Origin: Lachnospiraceae bacterium
Lineage (GTDB): Bacteria > Bacillota > Clostridia > Lachnospirales > Lachnospiraceae
DNA length: 64,000 nucleotides
Assembly (NCBI GenBank): GCA_017441825.1
Contig: JAFRVD010000029.1
Coordinates: 20,738-84,737 of the forward strand
Reading direction: 5' to 3'
Positions within the stretch are counted from its first letter, which is position 1, and each line of letters starts with the position of its first letter. The notes under the pieces are model-generated. The model was not told the origin of the DNA. It saw nothing but the letters and a program-made list of their open reading frames with translations, and searched no databases. Below, piece by piece: positions 19,959 through 28,885 of this stretch. The position numbers and the translations under genes were made by a program.

Positions 19959-20922
19959 AAAACTGAGAGTTGCTGTTGTGGGCGTGGGCGGGATCAGCGG
20001 CGCGCACATCCCCTCCTGGATGGCGATGGACGACGTGGAGCTCAAGGCCATCTGCGATATCCGTCCGGAGATGATGGAGAAATATCCGGAGGTCCGCCAT
20101 TATACCGACTGTGATGAAATGCTGGACAAAGAAGAGCTGGACGTCCTGGACATCTGCCTGCCTACGTTCCTGCATGTGGAATACGCACTGAAGGGTATTG
20201 AGCACGGCCTTCACGTCATCACTGAGAAGCCGGTCTCTCTTCACGAGGACGATCCGGCGCGCGTCTATAAGGCTGCCAAAGAGCACGGCGTCCAGTTCAT
20301 GGTCGCGCACTGCCTCCGCTTCTGGCCGGCGTACTGCTACGTCAAGGAAGCCTATGATTCGGGCCGGTACGGCAAGCTGCTTTCCGCTTCCATGTGGCGG
20401 CTCGGCGACATCCCGCTCTGGACCTGGGACGACTGGATGCGCGATGAGAAGCGCAGCGGCTTCATCCCCTACGATCTTCACATCCACGACCTGGATTTCA
20501 TGATCTACGCATTCGGAGCGCCCAAGACGGTCTCCTGCCGGCGTTCGAAGGAGCCGGATCAGGATTACCTCACCGCGCTTTACGATTACGGCGACTTCTT
20601 CATCACATGCGAGTCTTCCTGGTACAAGGCGCGCTATCCGTTCACAAGCGGCTTCCGCTTCCAGTTCGAGAATGCGCTCCTCGTAAACGCGGACGACGTC
20701 TTCTCGATCTACGACACGGAAGGCAACGTCCTGCATCCGCTCGCTTCCGCCGATGACTCGAACGCCCAGGTCGAGTTCCCGACCTCGGACGCCTACTTCA
20801 ACGAGATCCTGTATTTCAAGAACTGCCTCATGGAGGGGCGGCCCGTGGACATCATGAATGAGGAGCAGCTCACAACGGTGATCCATATTCTGAACAGCTT
20901 CCCCGGTGCCATCAATAAGTAA
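19954..20922 (+). CDS. Gfo/Idh/MocA-family NAD(P)-dependent oxidoreductase
   Basis: Rossmann N-terminus LRVAVVGVGGISGAH and an EKP motif (ITEKPVS). ATG at 19954 overlaps the upstream stop (ATGAGTAA) and follows GGAGG. Confidence 0.8.
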   Translation, partial: SKKLRVAVVGVGGISGAHIPSWMAMDDVELKAICDIRPEMMEKYPEVRHYTDCDEMLDKEELDVLDICLPTFLHVEYALKGIEHGLHVITEKPVSLHEDDPARVYKAAKEHGVQFMVAHCLRFWPAYCYVKEAYDSGRYGKLLSASMWRLGDIPLWTWDDWMRDEKRSGFIPYDLHIHDLDFMIYAFGAPKTVSCRRSKEPDQDYLTALYDYGDFFITCESSWYKARYPFTSGFRFQFENALLVNADDVFSIYDTEGNVLHPLASADDSNAQVEFPTSDAYFNEILYFKNCLMEGRPVDIMNEEQLTTVIHILNSFPGAINK

Positions 20923-20963
20923 TTTTAGGTATTTCAACTGTAAACATCTCTTACCAAGTTTTC

Positions 20964-21131
20964 GGCCGCCCCATATGTCTTTTCAGACATGTCCGGGGCG
21001 GCCTGACTGTATCTCAAACCGATTCGCAGCCGCCCCGCATGAGTCTTCAGGCTTGTCCGGGGCGGTAGAAACAAGCTCATTTCTTCCTACAGGTTGACTC
21101 CGTCCGGATAACAGGCCGCCCCGCATGGGCC
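20964..21131. repeat. Three tandem copies of a GC-rich palindromic (REP-like) element
   Basis: Copy 1: GGCCGCCCC..ATATGTCT-TTTC-AGACATGT..GGGGCGGCC (20964-21003). Copy 2: CCGCCCCGCATGAGTCTTCAGGCTTGTCCGGGGCGG (21030-21065). Copy 3, left arm only: GGCCGCCCCGCATGGGCC (21114-21131). Confidence 0.6.
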
Positions 21132-21200
21132 TATCCTGAACAGACGTTTTATGAACACACAGCTCTTGAAAAGCTTTTTGATTTTTTACGGATATAATTA

Positions 21201-21250
21201 TTGACAAACGATAATTTTATGCTATACTGATTATCGCAAAACGATAATTT
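21201..21250 (+). promoter_or_regulatory. Candidate promoter with three CGATAAT operator-like half-sites
   Basis: TTGACA (21201-21206), 16 nt, TATACT (21223-21228). CGATAAT (21209-21215) and its inverse ATTATCG (21230-21236) bracket the -10 box. A third CGATAAT lies at 21242-21248. Confidence 0.45.
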
Positions 21251-21343
21251 CGGAGTGCGCAGAACAAAATACAGCGCATGAATACAAGCGCTCACAGCCC
21301 TCCGGGATCCGTAATCTATTCAACTATTCAGTGGGGTGACACC

Positions 21344-22288
21344 ATGAAAAGAAAAAGCCTGATCATGATACTGATCATTGAAACAGTACTTCTCACAGTC
21401 CTTGTCCTGCTCACAAAAAGGCTGCCGGACATGTTCTCGTCGATAGCCGCGTTCCCGTTCGAGCAGGCGGCGGACGGGCTCAAAGCTCTGTCCGGCGGAG
21501 GGAAGCTCGGGAGCGGCCTTGCGGCGGCAGTCTGGATCGGCCTTTCGGCGGTGCCGGCCATCGTCGCACTGAGGACGAAACGGGCGCCTGAGACCCTCTG
21601 GGAACGCATCGCGCTCTTTGCCCTGTCCGGAGTCCTGCTCCTCACACTGTACGGCATGGTCAACCCGGGACTCTTCCGTTCACCGGAAACGGCCGCCATT
21701 CCGAACAGTGAGAAGACCATCAAGGCAGTTTTCGGAGTCTCAGCGTGGGCCTTCATCATCCTGTACCTTGTTCTCCGGCTCATCCGCCTGTTCCGTACGG
21801 GTGAAAAGGCGCAGCTCCTCAGGTACCTTCGCGGGATCCTCGGAGTTCTGTGCGTCTTCTTTACGGGTATCGGCGTGATCTCCTCAGTGAAAGGCGTGTT
21901 TACGCTCACCGAAGTGCCGGAAGGTATCCTTGACAAAGGGCTTTACGTCCTGCGGCTCATCGCTTCACTCGTCCCCTATGCCCTCGACATCCTCGTGACC
22001 GTGAGGGCCCTCGACCTCCTGGACGCAGCCGGAACGGAAGACCAGGAAGGCCTCCCGGAGGCCTCGGAAAGGCTCAGCCGGATCGCAGGGCTTTCACTCG
22101 GCGTCACGGTAGCACTTCCTGCACTGGTGGACCTGATCCAGATCCTCGCGATGAAGCGGCTTACGGACGTTTCGATCACAGCCGACCTCCCGTTGACAAG
22201 CATCTTCTTTGTGGTCATGGTCCTGCTGTTCTCGCGGCTCCTTACGGAAAACAAGCGGCTCCGCGATGAAAGCAGCCTGTTTATCTGA
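21344..22288 (+). CDS. Polytopic membrane protein of unknown function (possibly DUF2975-like)
   Basis: About 8 hydrophobic segments and no recognisable catalytic motif. It sits immediately upstream of a YozG-type HTH gene, as DUF2975 proteins often do (recollection). Start chosen at MKRKSL. Confidence 0.6.
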   Translation: MKRKSLIMILIIETVLLTVLVLLTKRLPDMFSSIAAFPFEQAADGLKALSGGGKLGSGLAAAVWIGLSAVPAIVALRTKRAPETLWERIALFALSGVLLLTLYGMVNPGLFRSPETAAIPNSEKTIKAVFGVSAWAFIILYLVLRLIRLFRTGEKAQLLRYLRGILGVLCVFFTGIGVISSVKGVFTLTEVPEGILDKGLYVLRLIASLVPYALDILVTVRALDLLDAAGTEDQEGLPEASERLSRIAGLSLGVTVALPALVDLIQILAMKRLTDVSITADLPLTSIFFVVMVLLFSRLLTENKRLRDESSLFI

Positions 22289-22301
22289 CACGGGAGGCAC
22301 T

Positions 22302-22529
22302 ATGGCGATCAGGGTTTATCTGGAGGACGTGCTGAAAGCGCGCGGGATGACGTCCAAGGAGCTGTGCGCCCGCATAGGCATTACGGAGGCGAACCTCTCC
22401 ATCTTAAGGAGCGGCAAGGCCAAGGGCATCCGGTTCGGGACCATCAACAAGATCTGCTATTATCTGCAGTGCGACGTGGGTGATATTCTCAAATTTGACG
22501 GTATTCTGGAGGACGACGATGAAGAATAA
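22302..22529 (+). CDS. Small XRE/Cro-type HTH transcriptional regulator (YozG-like)
   Basis: 75 aa: IRVYLEDVLKARGMTSKELCARIGITEANLSILRSGKAKGIRFGTINKICYYLQCDVGDIL. This matches the YozG-type HTH family. GGGAGG RBS. Confidence 0.85.
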   Translation: MAIRVYLEDVLKARGMTSKELCARIGITEANLSILRSGKAKGIRFGTINKICYYLQCDVGDILKFDGILEDDDEE

Positions 22530-23484
22530 AAAATATATTGTGATTCTGTGCTGCATTCTGCTCGCGGCGTTTTCTTTGGGCGCGGCAGGCGTAATTAAAG
22601 TAAAGAGCGACAAGGCGGAAACCGGCGAGGGGCAGACGAAGCTCATCGGCGTGTTCATCACGCGGGAATACCTCGACCTCTTTGACAGCGACCGCTATTT
22701 TGAGGAGAATACCGCGAAGCTTGCGGAAGGCGGAGTGATCAGCGGAAAGGACATGGAAAAGTATACGGACAGGCTCTACGCAAAAGCCCTGGACAAGTCG
22801 GACGGTACGGATGAAAACGGCGAGCCCATCATGACGAAGGATTTCGTCTTCGAGGGTGTCGAGGGTATCCGCTTCTTCTCCGCGCATGTAGAGGACGTAA
22901 ACGGCTCGTACGTCACCACCATTTCGGACGACGTGGTCGCGGACATCCACCTGGATTTCCACTCCTCGGATACCGAAGAGCGGGTCGCGCTGTCCGGCTC
23001 CATCTACGTTGCGGAGGGTATGAAGCAGGCGAATTTCTACTTCAATCCGGTCTATGAGACGGCGGACGGCGAAATCTACCTGATCTCCGGCGACGGCCTC
23101 TTCTTCGGCGACGAGCTCGGACCCGGCGCCTCCATGGGACAGACCATGAGCGAGACCCGCACGGTCACAGAAGACGGTGCGGAGACCGTTTCCTCCGTAG
23201 ACGTCGAAGTCACAATCTCCGTGATCGACGCGCCGGGCGCCACGGACGTCCTGTGGTTTGACGCGGACAGCGTCCTCCTTTCGCGCACCTCCTACCCCGA
23301 GGGCACGGTGCCGGCTTCCATAGAACCGGTCCCCGGCGCGGCTTATCTCATCGCGGAGACCGCCGCACCCTCCGGCGTACGCCGCACGCTCTCTGACCCT
23401 GCGTCAGACAGCCTCGTTACCTTCACTGCCCGCCCGGACGGCCTGTGCGTAAAGCACGAAGCCGAGGTGCTGTGGGAGCACTGA
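22519..23484 (+). CDS. Membrane-anchored or secreted protein of unknown function
   Basis: N-terminal signal anchor (KKYIVILCCILLAAFSLGAAG) and an acidic beta-rich body. The start overlaps the HTH gene end by 11 nt, after GGAGGA. Confidence 0.6.
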   Translation: MKNKKYIVILCCILLAAFSLGAAGVIKVKSDKAETGEGQTKLIGVFITREYLDLFDSDRYFEENTAKLAEGGVISGKDMEKYTDRLYAKALDKSDGTDENGEPIMTKDFVFEGVEGIRFFSAHVEDVNGSYVTTISDDVVADIHLDFHSSDTEERVALSGSIYVAEGMKQANFYFNPVYETADGEIYLISGDGLFFGDELGPGASMGQTMSETRTVTEDGAETVSSVDVEVTISVIDAPGATDVLWFDADSVLLSRTSYPEGTVPASIEPVPGAAYLIAETAAPSGVRRTLSDPASDSLVTFTARPDGLCVKHEAEVLWEH

Positions 23485-23501
23485 GTACACGCAGACAGAA
23501 G

Positions 23502-23548
23502 AAAGGGAGCTGCCCGGACGTCGGTCCGGGCAGCTCCCTTTCTTTATT
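23502..23548. terminator. Bidirectional intrinsic terminator
   Basis: GGGAGCTGCCCGGAC-GTCG-GTCCGGGCAGCTCCC, a perfect 15-bp stem. An A-rich tract lies upstream and TTTCTTTATTTC downstream. It sits between convergent genes. Confidence 0.75.
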
Positions 23549-23551
23549 TCT

Positions 23552-25597
23552 TTATTCTTTTTCGACGCCGATATTCACTTCTTCCGGTTCGCGGAACGTG
23601 GGCACGCAGGCCTTCAGCGTATTTTTGGCCGCAAGGTCATCGTCGCTTATTGCGGATTCCCACAGCGCATCCAGCCTTTTCTCAAGGTCCTCTGCCGAAA
23701 GCGGGACGTCCGTTTCGGTAAAGATGAGTTCGTTGTCAGTTCTCCCAAGCGTTTCGCTCTTGATGAGCAGCTCTTCATAAAGCTTTTCACCGGGCCGAAG
23801 TCCTGTCTCACGGATCTGGATATCCCTGTAGGGCTCATACCCGGACAGCCGGATCATGTTCTCCGCAAGCTCCAGAATACGGACCGGCTGGCCCATATCG
23901 AGAACGAACAGCTCTCCGTTCTGCGCCTTCGCGCCGGACTCGAGCACAAGAGACGCCGCCTCCGGTATCGTCATGAAATAGCGGACGATCCGTTTATCTG
24001 TGATCGTCACAGGGCCGCCCCTTTCGATCTGCCGCCTGAACAGCGGTACGACAGACCCTGCGGAGCCGATCACGTTTCCGAACCGGACCGCACAGAACTG
24101 CGTCCGGGATTCCGTGATATCGGGATCGCCCGTACCGGCCTCCCGCGCTTCCGCAAAGACATTTGTGCAGTCTTCGGAATATGCCCGGACGATCATTTCA
24201 CAGACACGCTTGGTCGCGCCCATGACGTTAGTCGGATTGACCGCCTTGTCTGTTGAGATCAGTACGAACCGGCTCACGCCGTACAGGATCGAAAGCTCTG
24301 CCGTATTTTTCGTTCCGAACACGTTGTTGCGAATAGCCTCGCACACGTTATGCTCCATAAAGGGCACATGTTTGTGGGCTGCAGCGTGGAGTACGGCCTC
24401 CGGGCGGTATTTCCGGAAGACTGTTTCAAGTGAGCTCCTGTCGCAGACGTTCACGATCTCCACCGTGACGTCGAGCTCAGCCCCGAACCGGAACTGAAGC
24501 TCCCTGAGCACTTCGTACGTTGAATTTTCAGCAAAGTCCGCGATCACAAGCTTCTTCGGCTTCATCGCCGCGATCTGCCGCGCGAGTTCGGATCCGATCG
24601 AGCCGCCGCCGCCCGTGATAAGGACGGTTTTTCCCGCATAAAACGCGTCGGTCTCGCTGTTGTTGACGTTGATGGTCTTCCGGGGCATCAGCTCTTCGAT
24701 CTCGAAATTTCTGAGCATGCGCTTTCCGCTGCCCGCGGAGGACGTGACCGGGAAGTCATAGACCCGTATCTGGATGTCCGAATCCCTGTACTCTTCGAAG
24801 ATACGGCGCTTCTGCTCAGGACTCATGGACTCGATGGCGATCACGATCTCCGAGATCCCCTTCGATTTCAAAAACTCTTCCGTCACGTCGTTTTCATGGA
24901 TGACCGGAAGTCCCAAAAGCTCACGCCCGGTCTTTCTTTTGTCCACGTCGATGAAGAGCACCGGCACGAATACTGAATTTTTACGCGCGCGCATGTCGTT
25001 CACGAGAGAGACGCCCAGGCGTCCCGCGCCCATGACGGCTACATGCTGGGGCTCGATGCCGTCTGCCGCCCTGTCTTCTTCATCGTGTTTTCCGAATTCA
25101 TATCCAAAAATGTTGAGGACCTTTACCGCGTAGTTTACGAGCTCCGCGTCGCGGCTCTGCATCGCGATCCTGTAGAGGGCCGCATAGATCAGCCGCAGTG
25201 TAATGTCGACCAGAAGGTTGATGCAGAAGATGCTCAGCATCAGTGTAAAGCGGATATACGGTATGGGGGCAAAACGGTCGATCGCATAGTCCAGCACAAA
25301 CGCCACGGCGTCCGCCGCGATCATGGAAAAGATCGCTTCATAGCCGCCGTACCGGATGATATGCCGGTAGCACCCGAAGAAAAGCCTCGTGCCGAACAGG
25401 ATCACCGTCCCAAGGACGGTCTGTTCTATGATCATTTTCCAGCCGTAGCTTGATTCCACAGATGGATGCAGGAAGATCATGCCGCCGCAGATCAGTACGA
25501 ACAGGATCAGATCATAGAGCACAAGTTTCCATCGGACGGTACCTGTCGTCCTGAGTATGCCGGACACTGTCCGGCCGATCGCAGATTTCTTTTTCAT
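23552..25597 (-). CDS. Membrane-bound nucleotide-sugar 4,6-dehydratase/epimerase (CapD/WbpM/EpsC-like polysaccharide biosynthesis protein)
   Basis: 681 aa. N-terminal TM segments, two Rossmann regions (VAVMGAGRLG; LITGGGGSIGSEL), and a short-chain dehydrogenase core typical of CapD-family proteins. Confidence 0.85.
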   Translation of the reverse strand: MKKKSAIGRTVSGILRTTGTVRWKLVLYDLILFVLICGGMIFLHPSVESSYGWKMIIEQTVLGTVILFGTRLFFGCYRHIIRYGGYEAIFSMIAADAVAFVLDYAIDRFAPIPYIRFTLMLSIFCINLLVDITLRLIYAALYRIAMQSRDAELVNYAVKVLNIFGYEFGKHDEEDRAADGIEPQHVAVMGAGRLGVSLVNDMRARKNSVFVPVLFIDVDKRKTGRELLGLPVIHENDVTEEFLKSKGISEIVIAIESMSPEQKRRIFEEYRDSDIQIRVYDFPVTSSAGSGKRMLRNFEIEELMPRKTINVNNSETDAFYAGKTVLITGGGGSIGSELARQIAAMKPKKLVIADFAENSTYEVLRELQFRFGAELDVTVEIVNVCDRSSLETVFRKYRPEAVLHAAAHKHVPFMEHNVCEAIRNNVFGTKNTAELSILYGVSRFVLISTDKAVNPTNVMGATKRVCEMIVRAYSEDCTNVFAEAREAGTGDPDITESRTQFCAVRFGNVIGSAGSVVPLFRRQIERGGPVTITDKRIVRYFMTIPEAASLVLESGAKAQNGELFVLDMGQPVRILELAENMIRLSGYEPYRDIQIRETGLRPGEKLYEELLIKSETLGRTDNELIFTETDVPLSAEDLEKRLDALWESAISDDDLAAKNTLKACVPTFREPEEVNIGVEKE

Positions 25598-25624
25598 ACC
25601 AGTCCCATCTCAGTGAGAAGCGCC

Positions 25625-26770
25625 TTAAGCGCCGTATTTTTCTGCGTATCCGGCTACGATCTCCCGCATTTCGGGAAGGTGCCGGAGAATGTCCTTTGCA
25701 AGGGCGATCTGGCAGCGGGTACGGTCCAGGTTATGGGACGCATCCCGGATCATGAAATAGACATCGCCGCGCAGATAATCTTCCAGGAAGCGGATCCCGT
25801 TCTCCACGGTCATGGCGAGGACGGCGTCCGGGAGCGTCCGGATCTCCGTTTCAGTAAGAGCCTTTGCAGTCTTTTCAAGGAATCCGTCCGTAAAGGCACG
25901 GAAATTTTCGAGGTCAATGCCGGTCCTTTCAAGGTCCGTACTGTCCTCTTCGGTATAGTTGGCCCCGGTCCGTATGGCTTCGCCGAAGTCGCTGCCAGTG
26001 ACGCCGGGCATCACCGTATCAAGGTCAATAATTGCCAGAGGAGCAAGAGTCTTTTCGTCAAATAAGACGTTGTTGAGTTTGGTATCGTTATGGGTGACGC
26101 GCAGAGGAAGCTTCCCCTCATGCAGAAGGTCCGTGAGAAGGCACGCCTGGTCTTCAATCCCAAGGAGCCAGGAAAGCTCCTCCGTGACTTCCTTCTTTCT
26201 GCCTGCGGCGTCCTTTTCCGCAGCGTCCCGGAGATCCCTGAAGCGCTTCCGGGTATCATGGAACTGCGGGATCGTTTCATAGAGCTCCCGCGGATCGAAA
26301 TCCGCAAGTGCACGCTGGAAATCGCCGAAAGCCCTGCCTTCCAGGCGGAGCATCGAAGAATCTTCAGCCTGATTGAAGCTGACGGACGGAATAAACTTAC
26401 AGACACGCCAGAAGCCGTCTTCGCCTGAAGAGTAGTTTCTTCTGCCTTCCCCTTCCCCCGAATACAGGAAACGGAGCACTTTCTGTCCTGTGTTTGCTGC
26501 TTCCAGGTGTTCCGTGACCTTCTCAATATTCTTCATGAGCTCTTCCGGATCCTTGAAGACGTATGTGTTGACACACTGGAACAGGTACGGGACCGGCTCT
26601 TCCTCTTCGGGATCCGCGTAATCCGCGCGGTACGTCCGGTTGATCAGCCCGTTCTTGATCTCCTTCAATGAGACCATTTCTCCGGGGATCCGGAAAGCTT
26701 TTCCAACCCGTCTGATCTTCTCTCTGACTTCTGTATCTGCAGCTGTCTGATCTGCCATTTCCTTCTCCAA
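25625..26770 (-). CDS. nahK: N-acetylhexosamine 1-kinase-like phosphotransferase (APH/choline-kinase fold)
   Basis: 381 aa. Long collinear similarity to my recollection of Bifidobacterium NahK/LnpB: WRV.KFI, FGDFQ, FHDT..RF, PLRVTHNDTKLNNVLFD, IDLDTVMPG, FLEDYL.GD.YF, HNL.RTR.QI. Confidence 0.75.
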   Translation of the reverse strand: MEKEMADQTAADTEVREKIRRVGKAFRIPGEMVSLKEIKNGLINRTYRADYADPEEEEPVPYLFQCVNTYVFKDPEELMKNIEKVTEHLEAANTGQKVLRFLYSGEGEGRRNYSSGEDGFWRVCKFIPSVSFNQAEDSSMLRLEGRAFGDFQRALADFDPRELYETIPQFHDTRKRFRDLRDAAEKDAAGRKKEVTEELSWLLGIEDQACLLTDLLHEGKLPLRVTHNDTKLNNVLFDEKTLAPLAIIDLDTVMPGVTGSDFGEAIRTGANYTEEDSTDLERTGIDLENFRAFTDGFLEKTAKALTETEIRTLPDAVLAMTVENGIRFLEDYLRGDVYFMIRDASHNLDRTRCQIALAKDILRHLPEMREIVAGYAEKYGA

Positions 26771-26870
26771 TCCATGAACCGGCAGGTCTTATAAAAGACC
26801 TAACTGAATAATCATACTACTTTTATTGGATTTCGTCAAATATTGTTTAACACTTTTCCTGTCACGCTGA

Positions 26871-27632
26871 TCATTTTTCCTGTTTTGTTCCGATTCGGAG
26901 CACAAGAAGCTCCGTCGGGTTGCCGATCCTCGGGACGAGAGGCTGTGTATTCGTGAGTCCTGCGGAGATGACGAGCCTTCCGTCCCCATACATGCCCCGG
27001 GTGTATTTCGGGAACACACCCTGTCCGGGCGCGTAGATCCCGCGCCCGAAGATCCGCCACTGCCCGCCGTGCGCGTGCCCGGAGACCGTGAGCTCGATCT
27101 TCCTGTTATGAAGGTACTTCGGCCAGTACTCCGGATTATGTGAAAGGAGCAGATGGAAGCCCTTCTCCTCTTCAAATACCTGAAGCCAGGAAAGCTCCGG
27201 TACGGCATGCTTTTCGTAGGTGAGGCCCCAGCCGTATGCGGACGGCAGTCCGCCTATCAGAAAGTCCCCGAACCGCACAAAGCTCCTGTCCAGAAAGCAC
27301 ACGCCTGTCTCTGTAATGATCCGGATATCGTCCGTAGTCCGCCACCATTCGTGGTTTCCTGGGGAATAATACGTGGGTGCGAGCTTTGATGAGAAGTTCA
27401 GAAAATCAAGCGCCTCAAGGGGCGGCTTGTACGGCTTCGTATATTTCCGGCCGATGTGGGTCTCCTCTGTATAGCACCTTGAGGTCAGGTCCCCGGGGAT
27501 CAGGATGAAGTCCGGGCGAAGGCTTAAAAGCGCCTCCCGGACTTCAGGCGCTTCACGGTCGTGAAGGTCCGCGGCAACCGCCGCCGTTTTCACGGGGAAC
27601 GATGCGTCGATGTCATACTCAGTAATTCTCAC
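26871..27632 (-). CDS. Metallophosphoesterase (calcineurin-like, YkuE/YaeI type)
   Basis: 253 aa. Motifs AADLHD, PGDL, GNHEWW and SGHAHGGQ. Confidence 0.8.
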   Translation of the reverse strand: MRITEYDIDASFPVKTAAVAADLHDREAPEVREALLSLRPDFILIPGDLTSRCYTEETHIGRKYTKPYKPPLEALDFLNFSSKLAPTYYSPGNHEWWRTTDDIRIITETGVCFLDRSFVRFGDFLIGGLPSAYGWGLTYEKHAVPELSWLQVFEEEKGFHLLLSHNPEYWPKYLHNRKIELTVSGHAHGGQWRIFGRGIYAPGQGVFPKYTRGMYGDGRLVISAGLTNTQPLVPRIGNPTELLVLRIGTKQEK

Positions 27633-27655
27633 AGAAGCTCCTCACTCACGCCTGC

Positions 27656-28648
27656 TCATTTCTGTTCTCTCCGTTTTTCGGTCTGCCTGTCCATGAGATA
27701 GGACAGGATGATGTATCCTGTCTTCAGCGAATGGTGGCGGATGATCCCTTCGGAGGTATCCGCGATATCTCCGCTGATGATCCGCGCACCCAGTGCCGCG
27801 ACCTCTTCCGTGTCCAGAAGGACCGGCAGCTTATTCTCCGAAGCCTCATAGTTCTCAAGCACCGAGCTGTCCAACTCCCCGGTATTTGCGAGGACAACGT
27901 CCACCTTCCTCGACCGGAGATACCGGTTCAGCACTTTCACATGGTCGCTCACACTGTAATCGTCCGTTTCCCCGGGCTGTGTCACCAGGTTGGAAACGTA
28001 CATGATGGGCGCCGATGTCTTCTCAAGCGCCGCAACGACCTGGTCTGCCAGAAGGTGCGGCAGTATGCTCGTATAGAGACTCCCCGGGCTGAAGATCACG
28101 AGGTCTGCCTCTGCGATCCTCTCGAGAACCTCCGGCTCGACTTCGATCGGATGGTCGTATTCCAGCGTATCGATCTCCTTAATGTTCCGGCTGACGTCGA
28201 CCTGCCCGTAAAACACACGGTCTCCGTTCCGTCCCACCAGGTCCACTTCTTCTTCCGTGAGGGGAAGCACCGTTCCGCGGACATTCAGGATCCGGCACAT
28301 GTATTTGGTCGCTTCGGTCACGTTCCCCCTGAGGTCGATCAGCGCCGCAAGAAGGATGTTCCGGAGCGGATGATTGTAAAGAGATCCCTGCTTTTTAAAG
28401 CGGTACTGGAGGAGCTCGAGGAGCTCGCTGTCCGTGTTCGCCATGGAAAGGATGACCTTTCCCACGTCACCCACCGCGGGGATGTCCAGCTCCTGCCGGA
28501 GGACGCCCGTACTGCTCCCGTTGTCGCTCATGGAAATGACCGTGGTCACTTCAAGCGGGAACAGCTTCAGTCCGGAAAGGAGGACGGAAAGGCCTGTGCC
28601 TCCGCCAAAAACGACGATCCGGAGATGCTGGTCCGATGTATCGATCAT
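27656..28648 (-). CDS. yvcK: Gluconeogenesis factor YvcK (CofD-like UDP-sugar-binding protein)
   Basis: 330 aa. N-terminal VVFGGGTGLSVLLSGLK, and GSLYTSILP.LL motif. Confidence 0.85.
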   Translation of the reverse strand: MIDTSDQHLRIVVFGGGTGLSVLLSGLKLFPLEVTTVISMSDNGSSTGVLRQELDIPAVGDVGKVILSMANTDSELLELLQYRFKKQGSLYNHPLRNILLAALIDLRGNVTEATKYMCRILNVRGTVLPLTEEEVDLVGRNGDRVFYGQVDVSRNIKEIDTLEYDHPIEVEPEVLERIAEADLVIFSPGSLYTSILPHLLADQVVAALEKTSAPIMYVSNLVTQPGETDDYSVSDHVKVLNRYLRSRKVDVVLANTGELDSSVLENYEASENKLPVLLDTEEVAALGARIISGDIADTSEGIIRHHSLKTGYIILSYLMDRQTEKRREQK

Positions 28649-28885
28649 GGTAATAAACTCCTGTCATATATGTCCCCGGGAAGGCCGGGACAGCTTCCCG
28701 AAGGGCCTGAAAAAAACCGTTTTCGTCAAATGTGCATAGTACCACATATTACTGTCTCAGTTTAGTTCAAATTAGCGCTGAAGTCAAGAAGTGCAGGCTC
28801 CGCAGGATATACAGTGATTGCCTTGGACGGCAGTCCATGCTATCATAATCATGTCCCGGGAAGGCCCGGGCACAGGAGGATCATC

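Noticed and set aside
19819-20937. 372-aa minus-strand ORF opposite the Gfo/Idh/MocA oxidoreductase
   Set aside because: Antisense shadow ORF. The plus strand has a Rossmann N-terminus, an EKP motif and translational coupling to the upstream gene.
20964-21131. CRISPR-like array
   Set aside because: There are only three copies. Spacing is irregular, the copies are imperfect and internally palindromic, one is truncated, and no cas genes are nearby. This fits REP-like elements, not CRISPR.
27731-28765. 344-aa plus-strand ORF opposite yvcK
   Set aside because: Antisense shadow ORF. The minus strand encodes YvcK with its diagnostic GGGTG N-terminus and an AGGAG RBS.
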